Of a stretch of DNA of 64,000 nucleotides, positions 26,715 through 35,295 are shown in pieces. Every line of letters starts with the position of its first letter. Positions within the stretch are counted from its first letter, which is position 1. This DNA is from Acidobacteriota bacterium. GTDB lineage: Bacteria; Acidobacteriota; Vicinamibacteria; JAXLQT01. A model generated the notes under the pieces. The model was not told the origin of the DNA, made no database searches, and saw only the letters and a program-made list of their open reading frames with translations. Made by a program: the position numbers and the translations under genes. Where the stretch lies: contig JAXLQT010000036.1 in the NCBI GenBank assembly GCA_046331505.1, positions 267 to 64,266 of the forward strand, read 5' to 3'.

Positions 26715-28747
26715 CAGGAGGAAGCCGTCGCTTCGTAGACCTTCGCGTCGATGAACAGGCGCACGACGTCGGAGTCGAGCTGGCCTTCCTTCACCTCGGC
26801 CTCGATGATGGCGAGCGCCTTTGGGACGGGCACCGCCTTCTTGTAGGGGCGGTCGCTCGCGGTGAGGGCGTCGTAGATGTCGGCGACGGTCATCATCCGC
26901 GACTCGATGGGGATGCGCTCGGCGATGAGCTTGCGCGGGTAGCCCTTCCCGGTGAGCTTCTCGTGATGGGCGTAGGCGATCTCCGGCACGCGCTGGAACT
27001 CGCGCGTCCACGGGATCTGGGAGAGGAACTCGAAGGTCTGCGTGACGTGGGACTCGATCTGCCGCCGCTCGGTCTCGTCGAGGCTCCCGCGGCGGATGGA
27101 GAGGAGACGCACCTCCCTCTCATCGAGGAACGGCCGCTCCTCGCCGCCGATGTCGCGGTAGGTCCGTGATCCGAGCTTGTGGATGGCATCGAAGTTGCCC
27201 TCGGCCAGCACGGTCGGCTCGTTGGCGATCAGGACCGTCGCGAGCGCGTCGTCCACGAGGCCGAGCTCGGCCTGGAGCCGCTGCTCGATCTCGGGGATCT
27301 CCTTCTCGAGCCCGGAGGCTCCGCGGCCGAGCAGCGTCTCCACCTTCTGTCGCAGTGTCTCCGCCTCGATCCACTTCTTGATGTAGGCGAACCGTGCGCG
27401 TACGAGATCAAGGTGCGCCGGGTAGAGCTTCTTGCCCTTTACCAGCACCTCCTCGCGGACGCCGACCTTGCCGAAATCGTGGAGCAGCGCTGCGTAGCGG
27501 ATCTGCTTCATCTGGTCGCTGGTGAACGACACCTGGCGGAACCGTCCCTCGCCGGAACGGGCGACGACGTCGGCGAGCGACGTCGTCAACGTCGCCACGC
27601 GGAACGAGTGGCCCGACGTGGTGGGATCGCGCTGCTCGATCGCGGTCACCGACGCGGAGACGAACCCCTCGAAGAGGTTCCGCACCTCGGCGTAGAGCTT
27701 GTTGTTCTCGATCGCGACCGCCGCCTGTCCCGCGAGCGAGAGCACGAGGTCGACGGTCGGCGTCGAGAACGTGATCACCTCGTCGTCGACGTTCTGCTGC
27801 GTCAGCCTCCGGCCGCCCCGCTGGCGGCGGCGGTTGATGAGCTGGAGCACTCCGAGCCGCTCGCCCTTCACGTTGGTCATCGGCACCACCAGGACTGACT
27901 TGGTGCGGTAGCCGCCCTTCTGGTCGAAGGAGCGATCGAAGCTCAGCTCCGACCCTTCCGGCAGGTTGTAGGCGTCCTCGATGTTGAGCACCTGCCCCGT
28001 CAGGACCACGAACCCGGCGAGGCTGCTCTTCTTCAGAGGCAAGGGCGTGCTCTCGCTCTTGTCGAAGTTGACCGAGTCGTTCTGCGCCACGCGGAAGATG
28101 AGGCACGGCTCCCCTTCGCGCTCCTCGAGCAGGTAGAGGCTCCCGGCGTCGCACCCGGCGAGCTCCCGCGCCTTCCGCAGGATGAGCGAGAGCAGCTTGT
28201 CGAGATCGCGCTCGGTGGAGAGCGCCATGCCGATCGCGTTGAGCTCGCGAAGCTCGCGCGTCCGGTGGATGAGCTCGCTCTCGAGGAGCCTCGCGCGCCG
28301 CACCTCGAGTGCGGTCAGCGCGGCGCTCTTGATCTGCCGCAGAAGCGTCCTCGGCCGGAACGGGGGCGGGGCGTAGGAGAACACGCGCTCCTCCGGGATC
28401 GCCTCGGGCCGGTCCTCGGGATCGCAGACCAGGATGACGCCGATGTCTTGCCGCAGCGCGAGAGTCGCGACGGCCGACGGCTGGAGCGCCTCCGCGGCGC
28501 CCGCCCCGAGCGCGAGCACCATGATCTGATCGCCCTCGATCGCCGGGAGGTCCGCGCCCGGCGCGAGCCGCGCGACCTGGATGCCGAGCGCTCTGGCAAG
28601 GAGCGCGGCCTCGTCGAGGGTCGCGTCCGCCGAGAACCCGAGGACCATCAGGGGCTCGACGGCGGTGCGCGCGAGCGACGGCAGCTCCTGGGTCTCGGAC
28701 GTCTGCCGGCTGTGCATCGGGACCTCGCGCATGGAGCGTCCACCCAT
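26714..28747 (-). CDS. GAF + HD-GYP domain protein (probable c-di-GMP phosphodiesterase)
   Basis: 677 aa. The GAF region is DAGSLYLLEE...LQLINRR. The split HD-GYP has HSFRVA, LLHDFGKVGV and HHEKLTGKGYP. The N-terminal ~150 aa are unrecognised. Confidence 0.8.
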   Translation of the reverse strand: MGGRSMREVPMHSRQTSETQELPSLARTAVEPLMVLGFSADATLDEAALLARALGIQVARLAPGADLPAIEGDQIMVLALGAGAAEALQPSAVATLALRQDIGVILVCDPEDRPEAIPEERVFSYAPPPFRPRTLLRQIKSAALTALEVRRARLLESELIHRTRELRELNAIGMALSTERDLDKLLSLILRKARELAGCDAGSLYLLEEREGEPCLIFRVAQNDSVNFDKSESTPLPLKKSSLAGFVVLTGQVLNIEDAYNLPEGSELSFDRSFDQKGGYRTKSVLVVPMTNVKGERLGVLQLINRRRQRGGRRLTQQNVDDEVITFSTPTVDLVLSLAGQAAVAIENNKLYAEVRNLFEGFVSASVTAIEQRDPTTSGHSFRVATLTTSLADVVARSGEGRFRQVSFTSDQMKQIRYAALLHDFGKVGVREEVLVKGKKLYPAHLDLVRARFAYIKKWIEAETLRQKVETLLGRGASGLEKEIPEIEQRLQAELGLVDDALATVLIANEPTVLAEGNFDAIHKLGSRTYRDIGGEERPFLDEREVRLLSIRRGSLDETERRQIESHVTQTFEFLSQIPWTREFQRVPEIAYAHHEKLTGKGYPRKLIAERIPIESRMMTVADIYDALTASDRPYKKAVPVPKALAIIEAEVKEGQLDSDVVRLFIDAKVYEATASS

Positions 28748-28805
28748 TTTAGCGACGGGCGCGGCAACCGGCGAGGCGCGCCATCGCTGCTATCATCCTC
28801 TCCCC

Positions 28806-30161
28806 ATGACGCGCGCCTTCGAGCCCCTCCCCGCCTTCCACGCGGAGCGCCGCCGGCGGTTCCTCGAAGCCCTCCCGGGCGGGGCCGCCATCTTCGGCGC
28901 GACGCCTGTGCACCTCAGGAACGGCGACGTCCACCACCCCTATCGCCCCGACTCCGATCTCTTCTATCTCACAGGCTTCGAGGAGCCGGAGGCCGTGGCC
29001 GTGCTGCGCCCCGGAGCCAGGGAGCCCTACGTCCTGTTCGTGCGCGCGAAGGACCCCGTCATGGAGGCGTGGGATGGAGCGCGCGCAGGGCCCGAGGGGG
29101 CGAAGGCGATCTTCGGGGCCGACGAGGCGTTCCCCGTCGGCGACCTGCCCAGGAAGCTCCCCGAGCTTCTCGCCGAGTGCGAGAACGTCCATGTCTCCCT
29201 CGGCAAGGACCCCGCCCTCGACGGGCTCCTCATCGACGTGATCGTGAAGGCACGCAAGCCGCGCCAGAAGGAAGGCAAGGGTCCGGCGAACCTGCTCGAT
29301 CCCTCGCCGTTCCTCCACGAGATGCGCCTGCGCAAGTCGCCCGAAGAGCTCGATGCGCTGCGCCGCGCCGTCGGCATCAGCGCGGCCGCGCACCGGCGGG
29401 CGATGGAGATGGCACGCCCCGGCGTGTTCGAGTACGAGGTGCAGGCCGTCATCGAGGAGACGTTCCGGCGCCTCGGCGCGGCGCGCGTCGGCTACGGCAC
29501 GATCGTGGCATCGGGCCCGAACGCGACGGTGCTGCACTACGTCGACAACAGCCGGCGCATCGAGGAGGGCGACCTCGTGCTGATCGACGCGGGCGCCGAG
29601 TACGAGTGCTACACGGGCGACATCACCCGCACGTTCCCAGCGAGCGGCGCCTTCACCGCCCCGCAGCGTCACGTGTACGACGTGGTGCTCGCCGCGCAGC
29701 AGGCGGCGATCCGCGAGGCGCGGCCCGGGAATCCCCACGAGGCCATCCACGAGGCCGCGCGCACGACCCTCGTTCAGGGACTCCTCGACCTCGGCGCCCT
29801 CCAGGGATCTCTCGAGGAGCACCTCGGCAAGGAGGACTACAAGAAGTTCTTCCTCCACCGCACGAGCCACTGGCTCGGGATGGACGTGCACGACGCCGGA
29901 GCCTACAAGGTCGCAGGGGCGTCGCGCCCTCTCGAGCCGGGCATGGTCCTCACCGTGGAGCCCGGCCTCTATTTCCCTGTCGGCGTCGACGGCGTGCCGC
30001 CCGAGCTCGCGGGGATCGGCGTGCGGATCGAGGACGACGTCCTGATCTCCCCGGCCGGACCAGTGGTCCTCTCCGACGGCGTCCCGACGGGCGCCGACGA
30101 GATGTGTCGCGTGGAAACGCCGAGAGCCGCAGAGCCTCGCGCGGCGAGCCTCGTCTCCTGA
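28806..30161 (+). CDS. pepP: Xaa-Pro aminopeptidase (M24B)
   Basis: ATG at 28806, inside track ORF 28581..30161. Motifs are YRPDSDLFYLTGF, LVLIDAGAEY.CYTGDITRTFP, HRTSHWLGMDVHD, LTVEPGLY and GIGVRIEDDV. Confidence 0.85.
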   Translation: MTRAFEPLPAFHAERRRRFLEALPGGAAIFGATPVHLRNGDVHHPYRPDSDLFYLTGFEEPEAVAVLRPGAREPYVLFVRAKDPVMEAWDGARAGPEGAKAIFGADEAFPVGDLPRKLPELLAECENVHVSLGKDPALDGLLIDVIVKARKPRQKEGKGPANLLDPSPFLHEMRLRKSPEELDALRRAVGISAAAHRRAMEMARPGVFEYEVQAVIEETFRRLGAARVGYGTIVASGPNATVLHYVDNSRRIEEGDLVLIDAGAEYECYTGDITRTFPASGAFTAPQRHVYDVVLAAQQAAIREARPGNPHEAIHEAARTTLVQGLLDLGALQGSLEEHLGKEDYKKFFLHRTSHWLGMDVHDAGAYKVAGASRPLEPGMVLTVEPGLYFPVGVDGVPPELAGIGVRIEDDVLISPAGPVVLSDGVPTGADEMCRVETPRAAEPRAASLVS

Positions 30162-30171
30162 GGCGGTTTCC

Positions 30172-30930
30172 ATGGGGATCACGGCCGCGCTGGCCGTCAT
30201 CGGCAACGAGATCCTCTCGGGCAAGACCCAGGACGAGAACGCGGTCTTCCTCATCAAGGAGCTGCGCGAGCTCGGCGTGCCGATCCGGAGGATCGTCATG
30301 GTGGCCGATGACGTGGGGGAGATCGCGTGGGCCGTCAACGCTGCGCGCGCGGCGGCCGACGTGGTGTTCACCACGGGAGGCATCGGTCCGACCCACGACG
30401 ACGTCACGATCGACGGCATCGCGGCCGCGTTCGGAAGGCCCGTCGTGCGGCACCCGAAGCTCGACGCGATGATCCGCGGCCACCTCGAGGGGCGGGGCAC
30501 TCCCGCTGAGCTCGAGAGCGCGCTCAAGATGGCCGACGTCGTCGAGGGAACGGAGCTCCTCTGGCCCGAAGGGCTCACCTACCCGGTGACGCGCATCGAG
30601 AACGTCTACGTCTTCCCCGGCATCCCCGCCATCCTGAAGAAGAAGTGGCACGCGATCCGCGAAACGTTCCGCCAGGCGCCATGGGAGCTCGCCCTGGTGT
30701 ACGTGATCCCCGAGGAGCACGTGATCGCGCGGAAGCTCTCGCTCGTCCAGGAGCGCTTCCCGGGCATCGAGATCGGCTCCTATCCCGACATCGCCGCCGC
30801 GGACTTCAAGGTGAAGGTGACGCTCGAATCGAAGGACGCCGCCCGCCTCAAGGACGCGCTCGCTCACCTCCTCGCGCTCCTCGACCCCGCGCAGGTGCGC
30901 CGCACGGTCACTCCCGGAGGGTGGTCGTGA
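30172..30930 (+). CDS. molybdopterin-binding (MoCF_biosynth/CinA N-terminal-like) domain protein
   Basis: MGITAALAVIGNEILSGKTQDENAVFL...VFTTGGIGPTHDDVT is the classic MoCF-binding motif. An extra C-terminal domain is present. Confidence 0.75.
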   Translation: MGITAALAVIGNEILSGKTQDENAVFLIKELRELGVPIRRIVMVADDVGEIAWAVNAARAAADVVFTTGGIGPTHDDVTIDGIAAAFGRPVVRHPKLDAMIRGHLEGRGTPAELESALKMADVVEGTELLWPEGLTYPVTRIENVYVFPGIPAILKKKWHAIRETFRQAPWELALVYVIPEEHVIARKLSLVQERFPGIEIGSYPDIAAADFKVKVTLESKDAARLKDALAHLLALLDPAQVRRTVTPGGWS

Positions 30931-31955
30931 CGTCGCGCCCGATCACCGACGCCGAGCGCGACAACGTCACCATCTACCAGGAAGGGCGCCGAGGCTTCTA
31001 CGAGGTGTACTACCTGAAGCTCAACGATCCGGTCGCGGGGCGAGCTCTCTGGCTCCGCTACACGATCCTGGCGCCGTCCTCGGGCGCCGCGCCCGCGGCC
31101 GAGCTCTGGGCGATCGCCTTCGACGCGAACAACCCCGGCGCCACGGCGGCGTGGAAGGCCACGCTCGGTCCCGAGAAGCTCGAGATCGCGCACGACCGCT
31201 TCATGCTGCGGATCGGATCGGCGGTCATCCACCACGCGGGCGCGAGCGGATCGATCCGCGGGCCCTCCGGCGACATCTGGTGGGACCTCCGCTTCGATCC
31301 CGCGTCCAGCGGGCTCCGCCACTTCCCGTCGCAGCGCTGGTACGACCGGGGACTCCCGAAGACGAAGGTCCTGTCGCCCAACGTCGACGCGCGGTTCTTC
31401 GGCGAGGTCTCCATCAACGGGCGGAAGTGGCGGCTCCGCGGCACTCCGGGGATGCAGGCCCATCTCTGGGGGACGCGCCACGCGGAGAGCTGGACGTGGG
31501 CGCACGTCAACTGCTGGGACACCGACTCGAAAGCGTGGTTCGAGGGGCTCACCGCGCGGATCAAGGTCGGGCCGATCCCGATCCCCGTGCTCACGATGCT
31601 CGCGTTCCACTGGAACGGGCAGCTCCACCACTTCGGCGCGGTGAAGGACCTGATGCGCAACCAGAGCGAGCCCGCGGAGCCCAGGTGGTCGTTCTCCTGC
31701 GAGCGGGACCTCGTCCGCTTCGCCGGCGTCGTCGAGGCGCCGACGGCGCGCTTCGTGGGCGTGAAGTACCAGGACCCCGACGGATCGCCGCGCTTCTGCC
31801 GCAACACCAAGCTCGCGAGCGCGACCATCGACGTCTTCACGCGGCAGAGCACCGGCGCGTCATGGGACCTCGCCGACCGCCTGAGCACCACCTACGGAGG
31901 GGCGCTCGAGTTCGTCAGCCGCGACGAGAACCCGCAGGTCGCGACACGGATCTGA
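30927..31955 (+). CDS. hypothetical protein (weak tocopherol-cyclase-like N-terminal pattern)
   Basis: GTG at 30927 overlaps the preceding stop (GTGA). GFYEVYYLKLND recalls the FFEGWYF motif of tocopherol cyclases. This is a memory-based, low-confidence family call. Confidence 0.45.
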   Translation: MTSRPITDAERDNVTIYQEGRRGFYEVYYLKLNDPVAGRALWLRYTILAPSSGAAPAAELWAIAFDANNPGATAAWKATLGPEKLEIAHDRFMLRIGSAVIHHAGASGSIRGPSGDIWWDLRFDPASSGLRHFPSQRWYDRGLPKTKVLSPNVDARFFGEVSINGRKWRLRGTPGMQAHLWGTRHAESWTWAHVNCWDTDSKAWFEGLTARIKVGPIPIPVLTMLAFHWNGQLHHFGAVKDLMRNQSEPAEPRWSFSCERDLVRFAGVVEAPTARFVGVKYQDPDGSPRFCRNTKLASATIDVFTRQSTGASWDLADRLSTTYGGALEFVSRDENPQVATRI

Positions 31956-31971
31956 TCCTGCCCATCCCCGG

Positions 31972-33972
31972 ATGCGGCGCGAGACGGACCATCCCGCGAG
32001 CATGAAAGGCACGTGGGCGTGGATCCCGATCCCGGCGGCGATCGCCGTCGCGCTCGCCGTCCGCATCGTGACGGAGACGACCGGTGGCGCCCGCGGCGGA
32101 CCGTGGCACGTTGCGCGTGCCACGGAGCCCGTGACGATCGCCGACGAGACGCGGCCCGCCATCCCGCTCGGACGGGTCGGGTTCAGCATCTCCGTGCCGC
32201 GCACGGCCGCGGGCGTCGACCTCACGTTCGCATTCGGCGTGCGCGCCCCGGCAAGGCGCATCCAGCACCAGATGATCGTCGCGCACGAGACCCCGAAGAC
32301 GCCGGCCTCTCCCCCGCCACCGGCTCCCGAGCCGCGCCCCACGGCTCCGCAGGGCCCTCCCGCGATCGCCGGAACCTATCTTCTTCGCGTCTCGAGCGAC
32401 GCCGGAGTCCTGCGCGAGGACCGTCTCGGTCCAGGCCCGCCGCGATGGGTCGAGCACAGGATCCCCGTCGACGAGGGAACGGTGCGGTTCGAGCTCGAGG
32501 CCACGGGATCCGCGCCGGGCGAGCAGCCGTTCCTCGGCGATCCCACCCTCACGCTGCGCGGCCAGAACGACGCTCGCCAGAGCGCGATCCTGATCTCCGT
32601 CGACAGCCTGCGGGCGGATCACGTCGGCGCGTACGGCTCGCCCGCCCCCGTCACGCCTCACGTCGATCGCCTCTCGCGGCGCGCGCGCCTCTACGAGATG
32701 GCGCGGACCACCGCGCCGTGGACGATGCCCGCTCACCAGAGCATCCTCGCGTCGCGCTACGGCTCGGAGCTGGGAGCGCTGGATCCGGGATCGGCCGTGG
32801 ATCGCAGCGTGCCGACGCTCGCCATGGCGGCGCGCCGCGGCCGGTGCGACACCTGGGCGCGCGTCAATCACCTGCTCGTGGGACCGGGCTACGGCTTCGA
32901 TCGCGGGTTCGCGGTCTTCAGGTTCGTCCAGAACGGGACCGCCGCAAGCTCGGTGCGGGAAGCCCTCGCGCGCCTCGACGCCTCGAACCGCCGGGCGTCG
33001 TTCGTCTTCCTCCATCTCTTCGACGTCCACATGGACTACACCCCGGCGGCGCCCTTCACGCGCCTCACCGAGGAGAGCTACTCCGGCGTGCGCACGGGTC
33101 ACATGGTCGACCTCCTTCCCTACTTCAAGCCGGAGAACCCGCTCCCCGCGGAGGACCTCCGCCACGTCGCAGCCCTCTACGACGCCGAGCTCGCCGCCAC
33201 CGATCTCGAGATCGGCGTGCTCTCCCGCGGGCTTTCCCGGAACCGCCGCGCCGGACGCACGGTCGTCTGCCTCACGGCGGACCACGGCGAGGAGCTCAAG
33301 GAGCACGGTTCCCTCGGCCACGGGGCGACGCTGTGGGAGGAGCAGCTTCGCGTTCCGCTCTTCTTCGCCGACGGCGGACCGGCGCGCCTCTCGGGCGAAG
33401 CGGCGAGCCTCCTCGACGTCGCCCCCACGCTCGCCTCCTACCTCGGCCTGCCGCCGGAGCGATCGTGGCGCGGCCGCGATCTCTCGGGACCTCGCGTACC
33501 GTCCTGCCCCGCCCTTGCCGAGAACCAGCTCTTCGAGCGCGACCTCACGGCCGAGATCGCCGGCGACGCGAAGCGGATCGCGACCTGGGAGGGCGCGACG
33601 CCGTCGTTCGTCGCGCTCGACCTCGGCCGCGATGGCCGCGAGGTCGCGCCCACGCCGGCATCCGGCGCGCCTTACGCGTCATGGCTTCGCAACGCGTTCC
33701 GGCCGGGCATCCACATCGTCACCCGCCGCCCAGGCCTCTTCGCGCCCGGCGCCGAGCCCGACCCGCACGTTGCCGGGCTCTCCCAGCTCTTCCGCCCCGG
33801 CGATGAGGGCCACGGCACGAGAGTGGCTCCATCGAGCGTCTACGACGTCACGCGGCGTGAGTGGTCGGATCCGCTGCGCCTCGACGTCGACGGATCGCTC
33901 GCGCGGACGTCGACGGATACCCTGTCAGACGATGACCTCGAGAACCTGAGGGCGCTCGGGTACGTGAAATAG
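31972..33972 (+). CDS. sulfatase-like (alkaline-phosphatase superfamily) protein, membrane-anchored, lacking the C/S-x-P-x-R motif
   Basis: ILISVDSLRADHVGAYG...TAPWTMPAHQSILAS has Thr at the nucleophile position. LTADHGEEL..HG..LWEEQLRVPL is also present. Ends ..LRALGYVK. Alternative start at 32002 (MKGTWAWIPIPAAIAVALAV). Confidence 0.75.
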   Translation: MRRETDHPASMKGTWAWIPIPAAIAVALAVRIVTETTGGARGGPWHVARATEPVTIADETRPAIPLGRVGFSISVPRTAAGVDLTFAFGVRAPARRIQHQMIVAHETPKTPASPPPPAPEPRPTAPQGPPAIAGTYLLRVSSDAGVLREDRLGPGPPRWVEHRIPVDEGTVRFELEATGSAPGEQPFLGDPTLTLRGQNDARQSAILISVDSLRADHVGAYGSPAPVTPHVDRLSRRARLYEMARTTAPWTMPAHQSILASRYGSELGALDPGSAVDRSVPTLAMAARRGRCDTWARVNHLLVGPGYGFDRGFAVFRFVQNGTAASSVREALARLDASNRRASFVFLHLFDVHMDYTPAAPFTRLTEESYSGVRTGHMVDLLPYFKPENPLPAEDLRHVAALYDAELAATDLEIGVLSRGLSRNRRAGRTVVCLTADHGEELKEHGSLGHGATLWEEQLRVPLFFADGGPARLSGEAASLLDVAPTLASYLGLPPERSWRGRDLSGPRVPSCPALAENQLFERDLTAEIAGDAKRIATWEGATPSFVALDLGRDGREVAPTPASGAPYASWLRNAFRPGIHIVTRRPGLFAPGAEPDPHVAGLSQLFRPGDEGHGTRVAPSSVYDVTRREWSDPLRLDVDGSLARTSTDTLSDDDLENLRALGYVK

Positions 33973-34017
33973 AACCTGCCAGCCCGGCTTCCGAGCGGCA
34001 CAGGCCGGCGCGTCGTC

Positions 34018-34773
34018 CTATTTCATGTGGGGGGCCTGGACGTCCTGGCCAAGGCGGAAGGCGACCGAGAGGTTCACGATCGTGCGCACCTTCACGCCGC
34101 CCTTCTGGGCCGGCGAGAACTTGTAACGCTTGACCGCCTTCTCGGCGGCGTCGTTCATGTCGTCCCAGCCCTCGATGCGCCGCAGGACGCGGACATCCTC
34201 CACGCTTCCGTCCACGCCGATCGTCGCCAGGACGCGCGCCTCTCCCTCGATGCCCATGCGCTTGGCCGTCTTCGGATAGACGGGCTGCACCTGCTTGACG
34301 AGCTGTGGCTGCACGTCCACCTTGTCGACGTCCACGAAATCGCCTTCCTTGACGCCCGACTCCGACGTCTCGGACGCGAGGAGATCCAGGTCGGAATCGA
34401 GCTCGAGATCGCCGAGGAGCTTCTTGGCCTCCGCCTGGTCGGGAACGAGCTCGAGGATCTCCTTCAGGCGCTTGGCCGCCTGCACGTTCGCCTTGGCCGC
34501 GATGTAGGTCCTTGCCTCGGCGAGCATCTGGTCGATCTTGCCTTCCGCCTCGGCCGCCTTGAGGAGACGCTCCGCTTCTTCCTTCATGGCGAGCGCCTGC
34601 TTGTTGCCATTCTCGGTGGCGAGGACCTTCTCGACGGTCTCGAGGGCGAGGGTGTACTGCTTGCGGTCCATCAGGCCCTTCGCGCGCGTGAGGAGCTCCT
34701 GGACGCTCTGGGCGACGGCGAGGGACGCGACGAGCCCGCATGCCGCCACGACGGCAAGGACGCGTCGCTTCAT
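34018..34773 (-). CDS. TonB C-terminal domain protein
   Basis: Start MKRRVLAVVAACGLVASLAVA (signal). A coiled/TPR-like middle is followed by PQLVKQVQPVYPKTAKRMGIEGEARVLATIGVDGSVEDVRVLR...AAEKAVKRYKFSPA (TonB_C). Confidence 0.75.
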   Translation of the reverse strand: MKRRVLAVVAACGLVASLAVAQSVQELLTRAKGLMDRKQYTLALETVEKVLATENGNKQALAMKEEAERLLKAAEAEGKIDQMLAEARTYIAAKANVQAAKRLKEILELVPDQAEAKKLLGDLELDSDLDLLASETSESGVKEGDFVDVDKVDVQPQLVKQVQPVYPKTAKRMGIEGEARVLATIGVDGSVEDVRVLRRIEGWDDMNDAAEKAVKRYKFSPAQKGGVKVRTIVNLSVAFRLGQDVQAPHMK

Positions 34774-34849
34774 CTCATGGCTCCCATTTCCTCCCACAGT
34801 TTAGCTCGCCCCCACCCGCGCGCGGGGGGCTTTCGTTCCGGCCGCGGGG

Positions 34850-35263
34850 TTGCCCTATGATCGCCGAATGGCGCTCCGGAAGAAGCTGCTCTTGATCGAC
34901 GACAACCCGGCATTCTGCGACCTGGCCCAGGCGTGGCTCGCCCCGCACTACGACCTCGTGGTCGCGAACGACGCGCCGGCCGCGCTCCAGGTGCTCGCGG
35001 CAAAGGCGGGAGTGCCGGACCTCGTCCTTCTCGACGTGATGATGCCGGCGATGTCCGGGATCGAGTTCTTCATGAAGATCCGCGAGGACCCGCGTCTCAA
35101 GATGGTCCCCGTCCTCTTCTTGACCGCCTACCACCAGGTCCTTGCGGGCAAGGACGAGGCGCTCTTCCGGCGCTGCCGCGTGCTCCTGAAGCCGTTCCGG
35201 ATCGAGGAGCTCAAGGAGCAGATCGAGCAGATGCTGGCGGAGTCGCCGCAAGCGCCGTCCTGA
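34850..35263 (+). CDS. single-domain response regulator (CheY-like receiver)
   Basis: KKLLLIDDNPAF...PDLVLLDVMMPAMSGIEF...VPVLFLTA...LLKPF. Start 34850 or 34868. Confidence 0.8.
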   Translation: MPYDRRMALRKKLLLIDDNPAFCDLAQAWLAPHYDLVVANDAPAALQVLAAKAGVPDLVLLDVMMPAMSGIEFFMKIREDPRLKMVPVLFLTAYHQVLAGKDEALFRRCRVLLKPFRIEELKEQIEQMLAESPQAPS

Positions 35264-35295
35264 GCCCGACATCTCCCACGCCGGTCCGGGCCGCG

